DNA from: Perkinsus olseni
Lineage: Eukaryota
Direction of reading: 5' to 3'
NCBI GenBank assembly: GCA_013115125.1
Contig: JABANN010000016.1
Span: 1-64,000, forward strand
DNA length: 64,000 bases
This document shows positions 36,301-48,529 of this stretch, piece by piece. The notes under the pieces are model-generated. The model worked only from the letters and a program-made list of their open reading frames with translations, made no database searches and was not told the origin of the DNA. The position numbers were made by a program, and so were the translations under genes. The number at the start of each line of letters is the position of its first letter. Position 1 is the first letter of the stretch.

Positions 36301-39300
36301 TCATCAACAAGCCGCGGACTTGCTGCGAGAAGGTCGGTTTCAGCTCGATTTCGTAGGCGTCGTCGCCGAGGCCCTTGCCGATAGAGTCGGAACTTGGGCT
36401 AGAACGCCGAGCGACCTGAGGAGGATACCAATACACCCATACCGTACGCGAGCGAGAAGAAGTAGAGAAACCTCCGTGAGGTTGCTCAGAGCAGTGACTA
36501 GGACTGTGCTCAACGGAATCATTACTGCCCATAAACTAAGCTGACGGCTGAACCAGTGTTGTCAGTACAGCTGTACCGACGACAGGTCCGAGTCGCAGTA
36601 ACACGAGTATTCATACCATAAGGACACGATCACTCCATCGAGGGATCTCCGAGTAACCAAGCGAATGAAGCTGAACTTTAAACCTTAACCTCGGTCTAGC
36701 ACGGCGCTGTGTCACATGCTACTACCAATCACGGCGTCCAATCACCAACCGCTGAGCTGGACTCACGTTGAGGAAGACATCCTCCATGCTCGATATTGAT
36801 ATGCCGTACGAAGTTATCTGATCAGCGGACTTGCAGTCCTCGAGGCCCTCGAAGATCTTCGGGAAGCTCGAGGCACAACTATAAGGAACCTGGCAGAGAA
36901 AGTTGTAAGAGTGCCATCTCTTCGGATAACCACACCAACCTGTAGGGAGAGCTCCTGACCAGCACTTGACCGTACACGGACGGAGGAGGGGTCGTCGATA
37001 CTCTTCTGGACGACCTTGACAAGGGGTTCATCCGGAACCTTGGAGTCTTTCTTGGCGATGCTGAGGGTGTAACCCGTACCTGAGGTGATCATGATTAAGG
37101 GGTTGGGTGAAAGATACAACGAGCTCACCAAACTGCTGCTTGAGGAAGCTAGTAGTGCCGTACGCCATCAGTTTGCCATTCTCCATTATACCAACTCGAT
37201 CGGCTAAGACGTCTGCCTCGTCCATGTAGTGTGTGGTGATGCAGAGGATCCTTCCTTCACGCTTCGATCTCAAGAAGTCCCACATTCTACGCCGAGCGCT
37301 CGGGTCCATACCGCTACTCGGCTCGTCTAATATAACCAACTTGGAGTCGCCAACGAAGGCCAACCCGACCGACAGTTTCCTCTTCATACCACCTGAGGGA
37401 CGCACAGCTGATGAAGACACGACCGGAGCTTCTGAGTCTACCCGACAGAGTCTTCACTCGCGCCCCGAACTTATGCCCGAGTTCTATCTCAGTGGCAAAC
37501 TCAAGTGCCTTCTCATCACGACTTAGCCCACGAATATTGGCGAAGAGATTGAAGTGCTCCTCGACGGTGAGGTCGTCCCATAAGACGTCGTGTTGGGGGC
37601 AAACGCCCATGCTTCGGCGAATGACCGGCATCTCAGTCGGCACTTTATGACCGTAGACAGTCACTTCCTAACACAGAAGCTCAGCCTTATTCGGTTCACA
37701 GCAAGCGCACGGCCAACCTCACCCCGCTGCTCGGGACTAACATCCCACTGAGAACATTGATGGTGGTGGACTTGCCGGCACCATTGTGGCCGAGAAGGAC
37801 GAAGAGCTCATCCCGATACATGGTCAAATCCAGGCCGTCAACCGCACGGACTGACTTGAAATGCACCTGAATGGAAACCAACGATAATACGCAAGTCGTC
37901 GCCGACACAGGCAGTACCCTGAGGTCGTGTATTCCGATAGTGGCCTGCTCTCTCTCCAGCTCCTTCTGATACTCGCCAGAAACCTTCTCAATTCCATACT
38001 GCCGCTCGTCGTTCGAGCTGGTCCTTTCTTCTGACGACTGGTCACTCGAGCCCTGAGTTTCCCCGTCATCGGAGATATTTTGGCCTCGCATTTCCCTCCA
38101 GAATGAGCGGGTGAAAAGGAAGTAGAACTTCCGGCTGGACCGATACTCATGCGGGACGACTTGGTCCAGATAGAGGTAGACGGCGGTCCACAGGACAATG
38201 TCGACCAGGAGCATTATGAGACCTTGTATGAGGTTGAATTCCTCAAACTTCAGTGTGGACGAGGGGTTGGCCAGACCGAGGAAGACCTGCTGACCGAGGT
38301 TCTGCATGACTAGGGTATACGCACACTGCGGCAGCAGCGATACGGCCCACTTGTCGGTCTCTCGGTGGACGGCGACCAGGACGAACGATAGTATGTAGTA
38401 GATGACGGCTGTGAGGGTCGAACCCGAGTTGGGGTACTTGAACAGTGTCGAGACGGAGAAGGCGAAGGCCATCGATGCATAGAAGTAGAGGAAGGTGAGA
38501 AGGAAGAGCCACAGAGCTCCGAAGGGGGACAGGATCCCCAAAGACAGGAGAGCTACAGCAATAGCGAGAACAAAGTAGAATACGAAGTACCAGGCATACC
38601 ATGACAGGTTGTATGGGAGGTCATGAAGGCCCATGATGCGCATACCTGAAAGAAAGACTTTCCGTCGGAGGGATGGGAAAACAACAATAAGCGTACCTTC
38701 TCGCAGGCGGCCACGTCTCTCTGAGATGAGCTTCCTTGAAACCGAAAAAGCCGAAAATGTGAACAGAAGCGCTCCCACGATGCCAGAAAGCTGTTTCATA
38801 GTACCACCAGACCCACGCTCCTTGTACGAAGGGTAGGGCATCGGGTAGAGCGCGGCGACGGGCACGTCCGAGCTTCTAAGATAGTCCATCCAAGTAGCCA
38901 TGAGCAGGGGGAAGTCCAGGGTATCGTAGTAATCCAGACCGTTGTCTATCGGATCGCCGTGCTGGTAGTCGCCGTTTTCCGCGTACCAGTAGCGCGTATA
39001 ATCGCTGTAGTCGTCGGAAGCCCCGGTGGTCGCGTTGCTCCTTATGGTCACTTCATTCTCCTTCCCTACGTCCATGTAGTAGCAGATCTCTGGATGGCTA
39101 TCGGAGCCGTACGCAGGAGACTTGACGTAGGCCGATGGATCAGATATTGAGGTGGTCAGGCTCAACAGCGGCGCCCCGCCGCATGTACCAACGCTACCGG
39201 CAGCACCAATACGTCCGCGCAGATAGCTGGCGAAGGCCTCTGCTCGCTGTGACCCCGAAGGACCGATGGCTAAAGTACCACACAGGCACTTATCAACTAA

Positions 39301-39693
39301 AAGGATCAAGTTGGACTGGCGGAAGAAGGTCGAGTAGGGGACCAGGCCTGATAGACTGAGGGACGAGTAGAGCTGCCGGGCCTCATCCGCGTACGAGGTG
39401 GTGCCGACCCGCAGGTCAGGACCTGAGCCGCCCGGGTTCACTGGGTTGTCGGCAGCAGGCTGAAAGGGAAACTCACAGTCAAGTCGACCGACGAATGAGA
39501 CACGTCAGACGACTGCGCTCACCATTGTTTTCAAGACGTTCCCATTTGTGTTGGCGAAGGGTGGTATAAGCAGCGCAGCGATGGCCACGATGAGCGGTAG
39601 GAGAATTTCGCAGCACACTGTGAGTTTGGACCGACGGGACAGAATAAAGTTCTTCTTAGTGAGCGCCCCAATCTGAGCAGTATCGAGACTCAT
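33325..39693 (-). CDS. Full-length ABC transporter subfamily A, copy 1
   Basis: TMD-NBD-TMD-NBD layout. [74 protein letters not shown]-terminal SQTTLEQIF. Confidence 0.95.
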
Positions 39694-39834
39694 CACTTCC
39701 AAGGCCTGCTTGACACGAACAGGAGCTCCCTCACCTGAGCCCACAGTAGGCTCCCATGATGCTTTCTCGTAGTCGACACAGCGACGTCGGTCATTAATAA
39801 ATGGGCAGAGAGACGAAGGTACTCCCTTCCAAGC

Positions 39835-40870
39835 TCATTCTTGGCACGTGCTCTGTATCACCCTCACGCGACACCACATCGAGAAGTTCGCTCTGCAAGG
39901 TCCCCCCCTGCACGGGTCGAATCCGTTTGAGCCTTGTGCTAAGTGCGACAGCTCCACCAGGATGATATTGTCTCCACCTACTCTCCAGAAGGAGCATGTA
40001 GGATGGCTACCGCTACTGAGAATCACCAGGTGCCCGCTGTCCGTACGTACGCCTGGGCATTGAAACTGACCCCAAGTTCATTAGAAACTTACTAATAACA
40101 AGTACGAGCCAAAGGCCATTAGCGGAAAGAAGGCACTCCCAGGCCAGCGGACTCGTATGGGAGTACAAATCTGAGGCCCTGTCTCCCTCAGACTGCGGAG
40201 ACAGGGCACCGGATATCTCGCCCTAGCGTCGTCACCCTCCCACGTCACGCAGCCTAGGACGACTACCCTAGAGTGGAGATGACCAGAGAACGGGATAAAG
40301 GACGTGGATGGAGGCTGGTACGCTGGAGTGATGTTCCCCTCGGTCCTCTCAGCAAATGGAGATTCACTTGCCACCGACTGTAGTGGGCAGAGGCAACCCG
40401 GAGACCATGAAGGCGCGGGCGCGCGCTTTTCGGATCGCCCAGATCACGGCCACATACGTCACGGTATGATACGTCTCAACTACTGGAGCTCCTCCGCTGG
40501 TCCCAGCGTCTGACTGTGGTCGGAGGGTCATTGGCCAGCACTGGTCAGATCGAAAATAGGGCCGGGCTTGTTGTCACTTATACATCCACTCCACGAGTGT
40601 GGCCGAGGATGGCTCCACGGCGTGAGTCCCTCCTTTTCTTCCTCCACCTGGTGGTGTCAATGGAACGCCTTTTTTATTTACTTTCTAGACCAGCCATGCC
40701 GTTGGTTGATGGCCTTGAACGACACGGTGTTTGGTGGAGAGTCTCGGGATGAGACCAATCGCTGGGTTCAGCTCAGCTGACGAGGGGGAGGATGAGGAGG
40801 GCCGCACTCCGTACCACGACGCTTCTGCGGAGTCTCCCCCTTCGCTGATCTTGGTTTGTTCGCTCACTCC
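39835..40870 (-). pseudogene. Degenerate coding remnant, possibly GH35 beta-galactosidase C-terminus
   Basis: Frameshifted fragments EWMYK, IFDLTSAG, ARAFMVSG and GGDNIILVEL loosely recall GH35 C-terminal motifs. Confidence 0.25.
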
Positions 40871-40965
40871 GTCCTACTCGGTTGCAGGGCACAGCTGTCG
40901 TCGAGCCTACTCGCGCTCATTCGAAGTCGGTTATCGTATGCTTTAGGGTATGCTTTTGGCCTACA

Positions 40966-40998
40966 GACACGTGACACGGTGTCACGTGTCACTGACAC
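40966..40998. repeat. Chained 12-1-12 and 6-1-6 inverted repeats
   Basis: gacacgtgacac g gtgtcacgtgtc, followed by the overlapping gtgtca c tgacac. Confidence 0.95.
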
Positions 40999-41486
40999 CT
41001 GGCAGCACACACATGATGAAGCTGGTCAACGACCAACTCGACGCCAGCTCACTCGACAGCGAGCGTGTCAATTCCTTGAGAAAGATCACCCATCGCAGTT
41101 TTGAAGACAAAGGTTACGGACATGCTTCTGTTATGAAAATACCCAACTCACCCGGAACTTCGTACACGATATCACCATCCCTTCCACGATTCATCAAGCA
41201 AGCGAATGCCTAAAATAGCAGCCCCCGACCGAACTAAGACAACGAGAGAACTCAACTCATCCAGACAGCATGCCAACGATACTGCAACGGGCAAAATTTG
41301 GCACTGGGATTAGATCGGAATACTCATGCTACAATAGCAGTAAACAAAAGCACAGCGGTAGCAGACTTCTAATACTAGTGGCACAAAATTTCACCGACGA
41401 CAATCATCGACATGCGGTACCGAACGCCGTCACGTACACGGCTGAAATTCACACAGTTGAAAAATAAAACAACGGCAATAATAGTG

Positions 41487-44400
41487 TTACATTATAGAAG
41501 GATCGCCTTGAGCGAACCTATTGAATATTTGCTCAAGGGTCGTCTGCGATAACTGAAAGTCGTTAAAGCAGAGTTCCTCTTTTACTTTGGAATCAGACAA
41601 CTTAGAGAAAACTTGACCAAGATTAATGGTACGAGGCAGACTGAATTCCCCAATCTCTCCTAGGCTTTCGCACTCGGGAGATATGACGGAATGCAACCAC
41701 TGGAGAACTCTCGTGTGAAGAGCACCGCCAGTGACCGCCGCGGCCAACGCCGAGGCAGTGAATATACGTGTATTATCGTTCTCATTCAAGGTACCAGTGT
41801 TCACGATACTCTGGACGACACGAGGCTCCGTAATACCTGTCAAAGCGTCCTGTGGGCAGCGAGACGAGAAGGAGTAACTTCCTTACCGAGCGCACCGAGT
41901 GAGGCTCGGAGTTCTTCATCGGTCAGTGTCAGCCGGCCATATCTGTCACTTTTCAGAGCGTCCTCGAGGACTGAGAAATTCTGGAGGAGCTCGGCACTCG
42001 AGGCAGGCGACAGCTCGGTGAACGATATCCACAGCTTGAAGCCCTGGCCGTAGTCCGTCTTGATCTGCTGGGAAGATCCGATACAGCGGAACTGGCCATC
42101 CACCTGAGCCACAGAATAATGAGAAATACAGTGAATGAAAGACTAGTGCACACTCACCTGGATGACCATAGTTTCACACAGAGCATCCGCCTCTTCCATG
42201 CTGTGGGTAGTAAGCACCACGGCAGACGACTTCAACCGTCCGTGAGCGATCTTGTGGATAACATCCCAAATGCGTCTATGGACGAGGGTTAATGCGATAG
42301 CAGATACAACAAAAACCACCACAAGCGACCTACCTTCGAGCATCGGGGTCAACACCGGTAGTCGGCTCGTCTAGGAAGACCAGGGAAGGATGCCCAACCA
42401 AGGCAATGCCAACACATAGCTTCCGCTGGTTACCACCAGACAGCCTGGTCGCCATCTTGTCAACGTAGCGCCTGAAAAAGGCACGTAGGTCGAATATGAA
42501 GAATACTGAGAGAAACGTATCCTACTCAAGTTGGAGAATCTTCAACAACTCCGATATATGATCTTTCAGTACAGTAGATGATACCCCCCGAATTCGTCCG
42601 TACCTACAAGACGAGGAAAAATGACATTCGGGCGACTTACGGTCGATGCATCTTACAACAAAAGGTGCTCCTCGGTAGTGAGCCCTTCTAACAAAGGGCT
42701 ATCCTGTGGGCAGTACCCGATGTTCTTACGTACCTGAAGGGAGTGTGAGCACCAAACTACGCGTATTCACTCGGCAGATAGAGAGACAGAGACTCGATCT
42801 TTACCTCATAGATGTTCCCAAGGAGCGGCTGTCCGACAAGATTGATGTGCCCAGCACTCGGCCTTATCAACCCACAGAGCATCCTGAAGGTGGTGGTCTT
42901 GCCGGCACCATTTACTCCCAGTAGGCCGAAGACTCCACCATCAGCCAGGGCGTAATTGATGCCTCTCACCGCCCATACCTGATACATCATCATGCGGTCA
43001 GACACTCAGTTGTAAGCCGCTTACATCGTTCTTCTTCCCTGGGTTGTAGACTTTTTTGAGATCCTTGAAGTAGATCATCTGAGTTGTCGGGTCGAGCTTG
43101 GATACTCTCTCCTTTTCCGCTATAACCCTCTCATCCTCCACACCACGCTTCTCCGGAGGAACGGGCAGGTCTCGATTCGGGTCCCACTTGTCGTCATTCA
43201 TCTTGTAGTCAATAAGGATAGTCAGACCAAAGTAGATCACCCCGAAAAGGAAGAGCATGATGACATCATCACCAGCCACGGCTAAGCACGTATCGAAGGT
43301 CTTATCGTCGATGCCCTCGAGCTGCACCTCGCTGCACGTGTTCAGAATCTGCGAGTCGAATGGGTTACTCTCAACTCGCTCGCCCGAAGGGTCATTCAGG
43401 AACCCCAAATCCGTGAAGAAGATGCTCGTTAAGGCTTGCGCGACTGGGAAGGTAGGCACCACTCTGAAGATCCACATCAGAGCGAGACCGATGCCGGGAG
43501 CCACGACTCCGTAATACAAGATAGCCACTACGAACGAACCAATCAAGCCGCACCCAACACCTGACCCGACCTGGATGTAAGTAGCGATAGTGTTGGTTCG
43601 TGAGATGAGGGAGACGAGGTAGTTGAAGGGGGGCATGGCGAAGCAGAATCCGATAAGTAGGGTCCATACAGCACCCATATTCGAAGGCTCCAGGTACGCT
43701 TCGATGTCGAAAATAACCAGCGGAATCCACGTCGGGCAGATAGCGATGAAAGTGATGACGAAATCGAAAGTCCAGCTTGATACCCAATAGGTAAGCAGGC
43801 CACATCCGCTGACGTAAAACTGCTCCTTGATGCCTCTCGTCTTTTCCATCATTATGTAAGACAGCAACGAACCAGCAACCACCGTGAGAGCTATCGCGAA
43901 GTAGCCTCCGACAGCCAGAGTGAGGACGAGGTTGCTTCGAGACTTGCTGTTCTGGTAGGCGGTATGCGGGAAGGGGTAGTTGATCACACCAGGCGACTCG
44001 TCCCCCGCCAAGGCGAACGGCGTCATGTGGAGAGCAGTCATATCAGCGAAGACAGACCTCGAGGTGACACCCAATGCCGTCACCTCAAACCATGCAGTAT
44101 CCTCGCCTAGCAGGGAGGCTGAGAACCTCAGGATACCCGCACACAAGTTCAGATTCATAGGAGGATCTTCGGAGGGTATCATCTTGTACGGCTGCCACTG
44201 ATTACAAGCCGTGAATTCATCCGGTGTCAACGGAGTGGCCGCGCTGATGTCTGGCAAGTCCTCCGAGCCCCTCTGGACTCTAACGACCTCAGGATCGCTC
44301 AAGTCCCATCGGCCGATGATATGGTCCTGCTGGTAAACGTCATAAGGAGTAGAGTCACCCCACCTCAGCCCGAGTCGTCGAGCATCGAACACCGTCACAC

Positions 44401-47400
44401 CGAGGTACTGCAGACCCATGAGGACGAGTATGACGAGAAACGGGATGAGCAGAACCGCGAGAGTGCCTCCCCAATTGCGCCGAGAGTACGTCAGACGCCT
44501 CGCCATGAGACCGAAGAACTGCTGCATCGAGTTGGGCTTCACAGACAGATCATACATCCCCTCGCGCTCCTCAGTCGTGTACGTACGACTCTTCAGTCTT
44601 GACATTTGCTCATCATCGCCGTGAGAACGCCGGGCAACCTAACAGAAAATAAAGGAAATGCCGTGGCGTGTGTTAACGGGAATCCCCTGTCATAACCTGT
44701 GAGACTTACATTGAGGAAAACGTCTTCCATCGTGGTTACGGATATGCCGTACGACGAAATGTCCTGCTGAGCCTTTACCTCTTCAAGGCCTTCGAAAATA
44801 AATGGGAGCTGAGGGGCATTCTCGAAAGGAATCTGACAGGATATCCGTGAGCTGTCATGGAGACGAACGGGCGTTCTCGAAGTAGACATAAGGACGTGAA
44901 ACTACCTGTAGGGAGAGTTCCTGACCAGCACTCGACCGTACACGGACGGAGGAGGGATCATCGATACTCTTCTGAACGACGTCAATGAGGAGACCATCGG
45001 GCACGGTGGAGTCCTTCTTGGCGATGCTTAGCGTGTAACCCGTACCTGAGGAGTTCACAATAGAAAGGCGGAGCGGAGGAAGAAAGAAACTCACCAAACT
45101 GTTGCTTGAGGAAGCTAGTAGTGCCGTACGCCATCAGTTTGCCATTCTCCATTATACCAACTCGATCGGCTAAGACGTCTGCCTCGTCCATGTAGTGTGT
45201 GGTGATGCAGAGGATCCTTCCTTCACGCTTCGATCTCAAGAAGTCCCACATTCTACGCCGAGCGCTCGGGTCCATACCGCTACTCGGCTCGTCTAATATA
45301 ACCAACTTGGAGTCGCCAACGAAGGCCAACCCGACCGACAGTTTCCTCTTCATACCACCTGAGGGACGCACAGATGATGAAGACACGACCGGAGCTTCTT
45401 CTGAGTCTACCCGACAGAGTCTTCACTCGCGCCCCGAACTTATGCCCGAGTTCAATCTCAGTGGCAAACTCCATAGCGAACTTGTCAGTGGGTAAGCCTC
45501 GGATATTGGCGAAAAGCTCGAAGTGCTCAGACACAGTAAGATCGTCCCACAACACATTGTTCTGCGGACAGATACCCATACTCCGTCTGATGGCAGGCAT
45601 CTCGGCTGGCACCTCCTTATTGAAGATACTAACGGCCTGAGACGAGTACAAAATATCGAAACCAAAAGAATTGAACCCCGTCATTCTTACCCCACTCTTC
45701 GGCCTCAACATCCCACTGAGGACATTGATGGTGGTGGATTTGCCAGCTCCATTGTGACCGAGGAGGACGAAGAGTTCATCCCGATACATGGTCAAATCCA
45801 GGCCGTCAACCGCACGGAAGTTGCCAAACTCGACCTGAGCAGACAAGCCGTGATAGCATATCCGACACAGACTTGCTCCTCACCTTGAGATCTCTTATCC
45901 GAACCACTTGGCCATCACGTTCCAGCTTGCCTTGCAGCTCGCCCTTAGGCTTCTCTATTCCCTCGTCCATGGTGACACTACTTACTTCGGAGGGTACAGT
46001 ATCCGTAGTCAAACCACGGGACTGACTCTCGTCATCATCCTTACCGGCTATCTCTCGCCAGAAGCTTCGGGTGAACAGGAAATAGAACTTGCGGGTCGCT
46101 CGGTACTCATGAGGGACAACTTGATCGAGATAGAGGTACAGCAGAGTCCACAATATGAAGTCGACGATAAGCATGACCAACCCCTGCACCAGAGTGAAAT
46201 CCCGGTAGGCTAGGGTGGCCGAGGGCGTCTCCTTGCCCAGATAAAGTTGCTGACCGAGGTTCTGGACGATGAGAGTGAACGCGCACTGAGGAAGCAGGCT
46301 GATGGCCCACTTGCTCGTCTCACGCTCGATCACAGAGACCGTGATAGCGAGCACATAGTAGATGACCGCGGTGAGCGTCGAGCCGGAATTGGGGTTTTCG
46401 AACAGTGTCGAAACCGCAAAGGCAAACGACATCGAGGCGAAGAAGTATAGCAGCGATAGCAGGAAGAGCCAAAGCGCGCTGACGATCGGGAGGATGACCA
46501 ACGATAGCGCCGCGACGACGAAGGAGAATACAAGGTAGAAGGACACATACCAGAGGTACCACGAGAGGTTATACGGTAGGTCGTAGAGGCCCATGATGCG
46601 CATACCTGAGAGACTTTTCGTCGTCACAATTTACAATGTCCCGCCCAACTTACCCTCTCGAAGCCTCCCCTTCCTTTCTGAGATGAGCTTCCTCGCGACG
46701 GAGAAAGCAGAGAAAGTGTACAGAAACGGCCCGAGAACATTCCCGAGCAAAATGAGGTCGCTTCCCGAACTCCGAGTTTGATAGCTGCTGTAAGGCATCG
46801 GATAGACACCGGCAATCGGCCTATTGTCTCCTCGTTGATAGTCCATCCATGCTCCCATGAAGGCCGGAAAGTTCAAAGCCTCGTAATACACCAGGCCGTT
46901 GTCATCCGGGTCGCCGTGCTGAATGTCACCGTTCTCTCCGTACCAAAATCTGTTGTATTCACTGTAGTCGACGCTGATAGCCTTAAAGCGACCACTATCA
47001 CCAATGGTAGCATTGGACATTATCAGTAGCTCGAAGGGGTTAAAGACATCCATGTAGCCGCAGAGCTCGGGAACCCCTATTGAGCCGTAGTCAGACCGAC
47101 GGACATACTCTCGGGGATCGTCAATCGATGTAGACACAGTTATCGTTGGGAACCCATCGCACTGGGGCAGGTTGAACCCCTTGAAGATCGACTCGAAATT
47201 GTCGTTCAGATAGGTAGCGAAATTCTCGGCCTGTCTCGTTCCAGCCGGTCCGATGGCCAAAGTCTGACAGGCACAAGTTAGCAGCACCGTGACAGAGTTG
47301 GACTTGTTGAAAAAGTCCTCGTAGGGAGTCAACGCTTCCAACTGAGGGTAGTCATCATAGGCCTTTCGCAGGCCAGAAGCATAGAACAGCGATCCATTCC

Positions 47401-47652
47401 TCTGACCACCCCAGGACGTGTATGGGTAATCAGCGTCGGGCTGAGAGGGGAAAACACAGGTATGCACAGAGAGTGATTCGACTCAAAACTTACGAAGGTC
47501 TCCAGGTCACGTGAACTGGGATTCACCAGAGGGGCGACAACAAAGCAAACCACAGCCACAAACAGCGGCAGTAGGATCTCGCAACATACGGTGATCTTAG
47601 ATCTCCGCGAGAGTATGAAATTTTTCTTCGACAGCGCAAATATCTGAGACAT
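41487..47652 (-). CDS. Full-length ABC transporter subfamily A, copy 2
   Basis: Same motifs and exon structure as copy 1. Starts [12 protein letters not shown] and ends [20 protein letters not shown]. Confidence 0.95.
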
Positions 47653-48529
47653 AGCAGAGCTTTCCTCGCGAATGACTACCAGCCGGCCTCCTCAGTGGAC
47701 TATTAATATGCGAAAGACATCCTCGTGATCGAACGGAATGAGCATCAAGTCAAAACGAGCAGTCAACCGCAGTGAGGGTGCCTCACCTGCTTGCGCAGCA
47801 GCCCCTTAGTGGGGCTCGACTCAGATCCTGCAGTCGTTGCTGCAGCCATGCACAAGATAACAAAACTGCGGAAATATCACCTCCGACGTTAACAGCATCA
47901 CAGGCCTAGCTGACGAGTACTACGGTAAATCTTTCCTCAGTTTCGATAGTCGTCCCTACCGTTGCGCAGTTTCGCAGTGCACGCAAGCGCAAGCACGCAC
48001 GCGTAACTGCCAGAAATAAACTGAGCCATTTCAGCGTTCGGCGTACCACTCCATGACGGAATATTAGACACTGGCGAATCAGACCCCCACTCAGCGGTTG
48101 AGCAGTAACCACTCGCGGAGGTGTGCTAGGGAGTAAGGCTTTCCTAGGCTAGTGGGTCAACCTTGAGCATTGAAGCACTCTGCGCTACACAAATCTTCGT
48201 TGGGGGACACGATCTGACACAATACAGATACGGGATGCCAGACTACCCGGGCACAGGGAATCTTAGTTGCGACAGACTGTAACCCAATAGCCACCTGGGA
48301 GCACTCGCACTGAAAGGCGATGGGAATAGAGCTCCCTAAGTAAGGCTCCGAAAGGCGCAGGAGCCTGTTGGAGCGAAAGTGCTAAGCGACTGAGCTGAAC
48401 CATGCCTCGCGATAATTCTCGGACTCGCACCGCTTGATAGTTCCTTCATTTGTCGAGTCGGATAAGAAGCCTCGGGACTGCTTTTGGGTATGATCGCTCC
48501 TCAGGCAGCGTTCGTCTCATCTTTACCAC

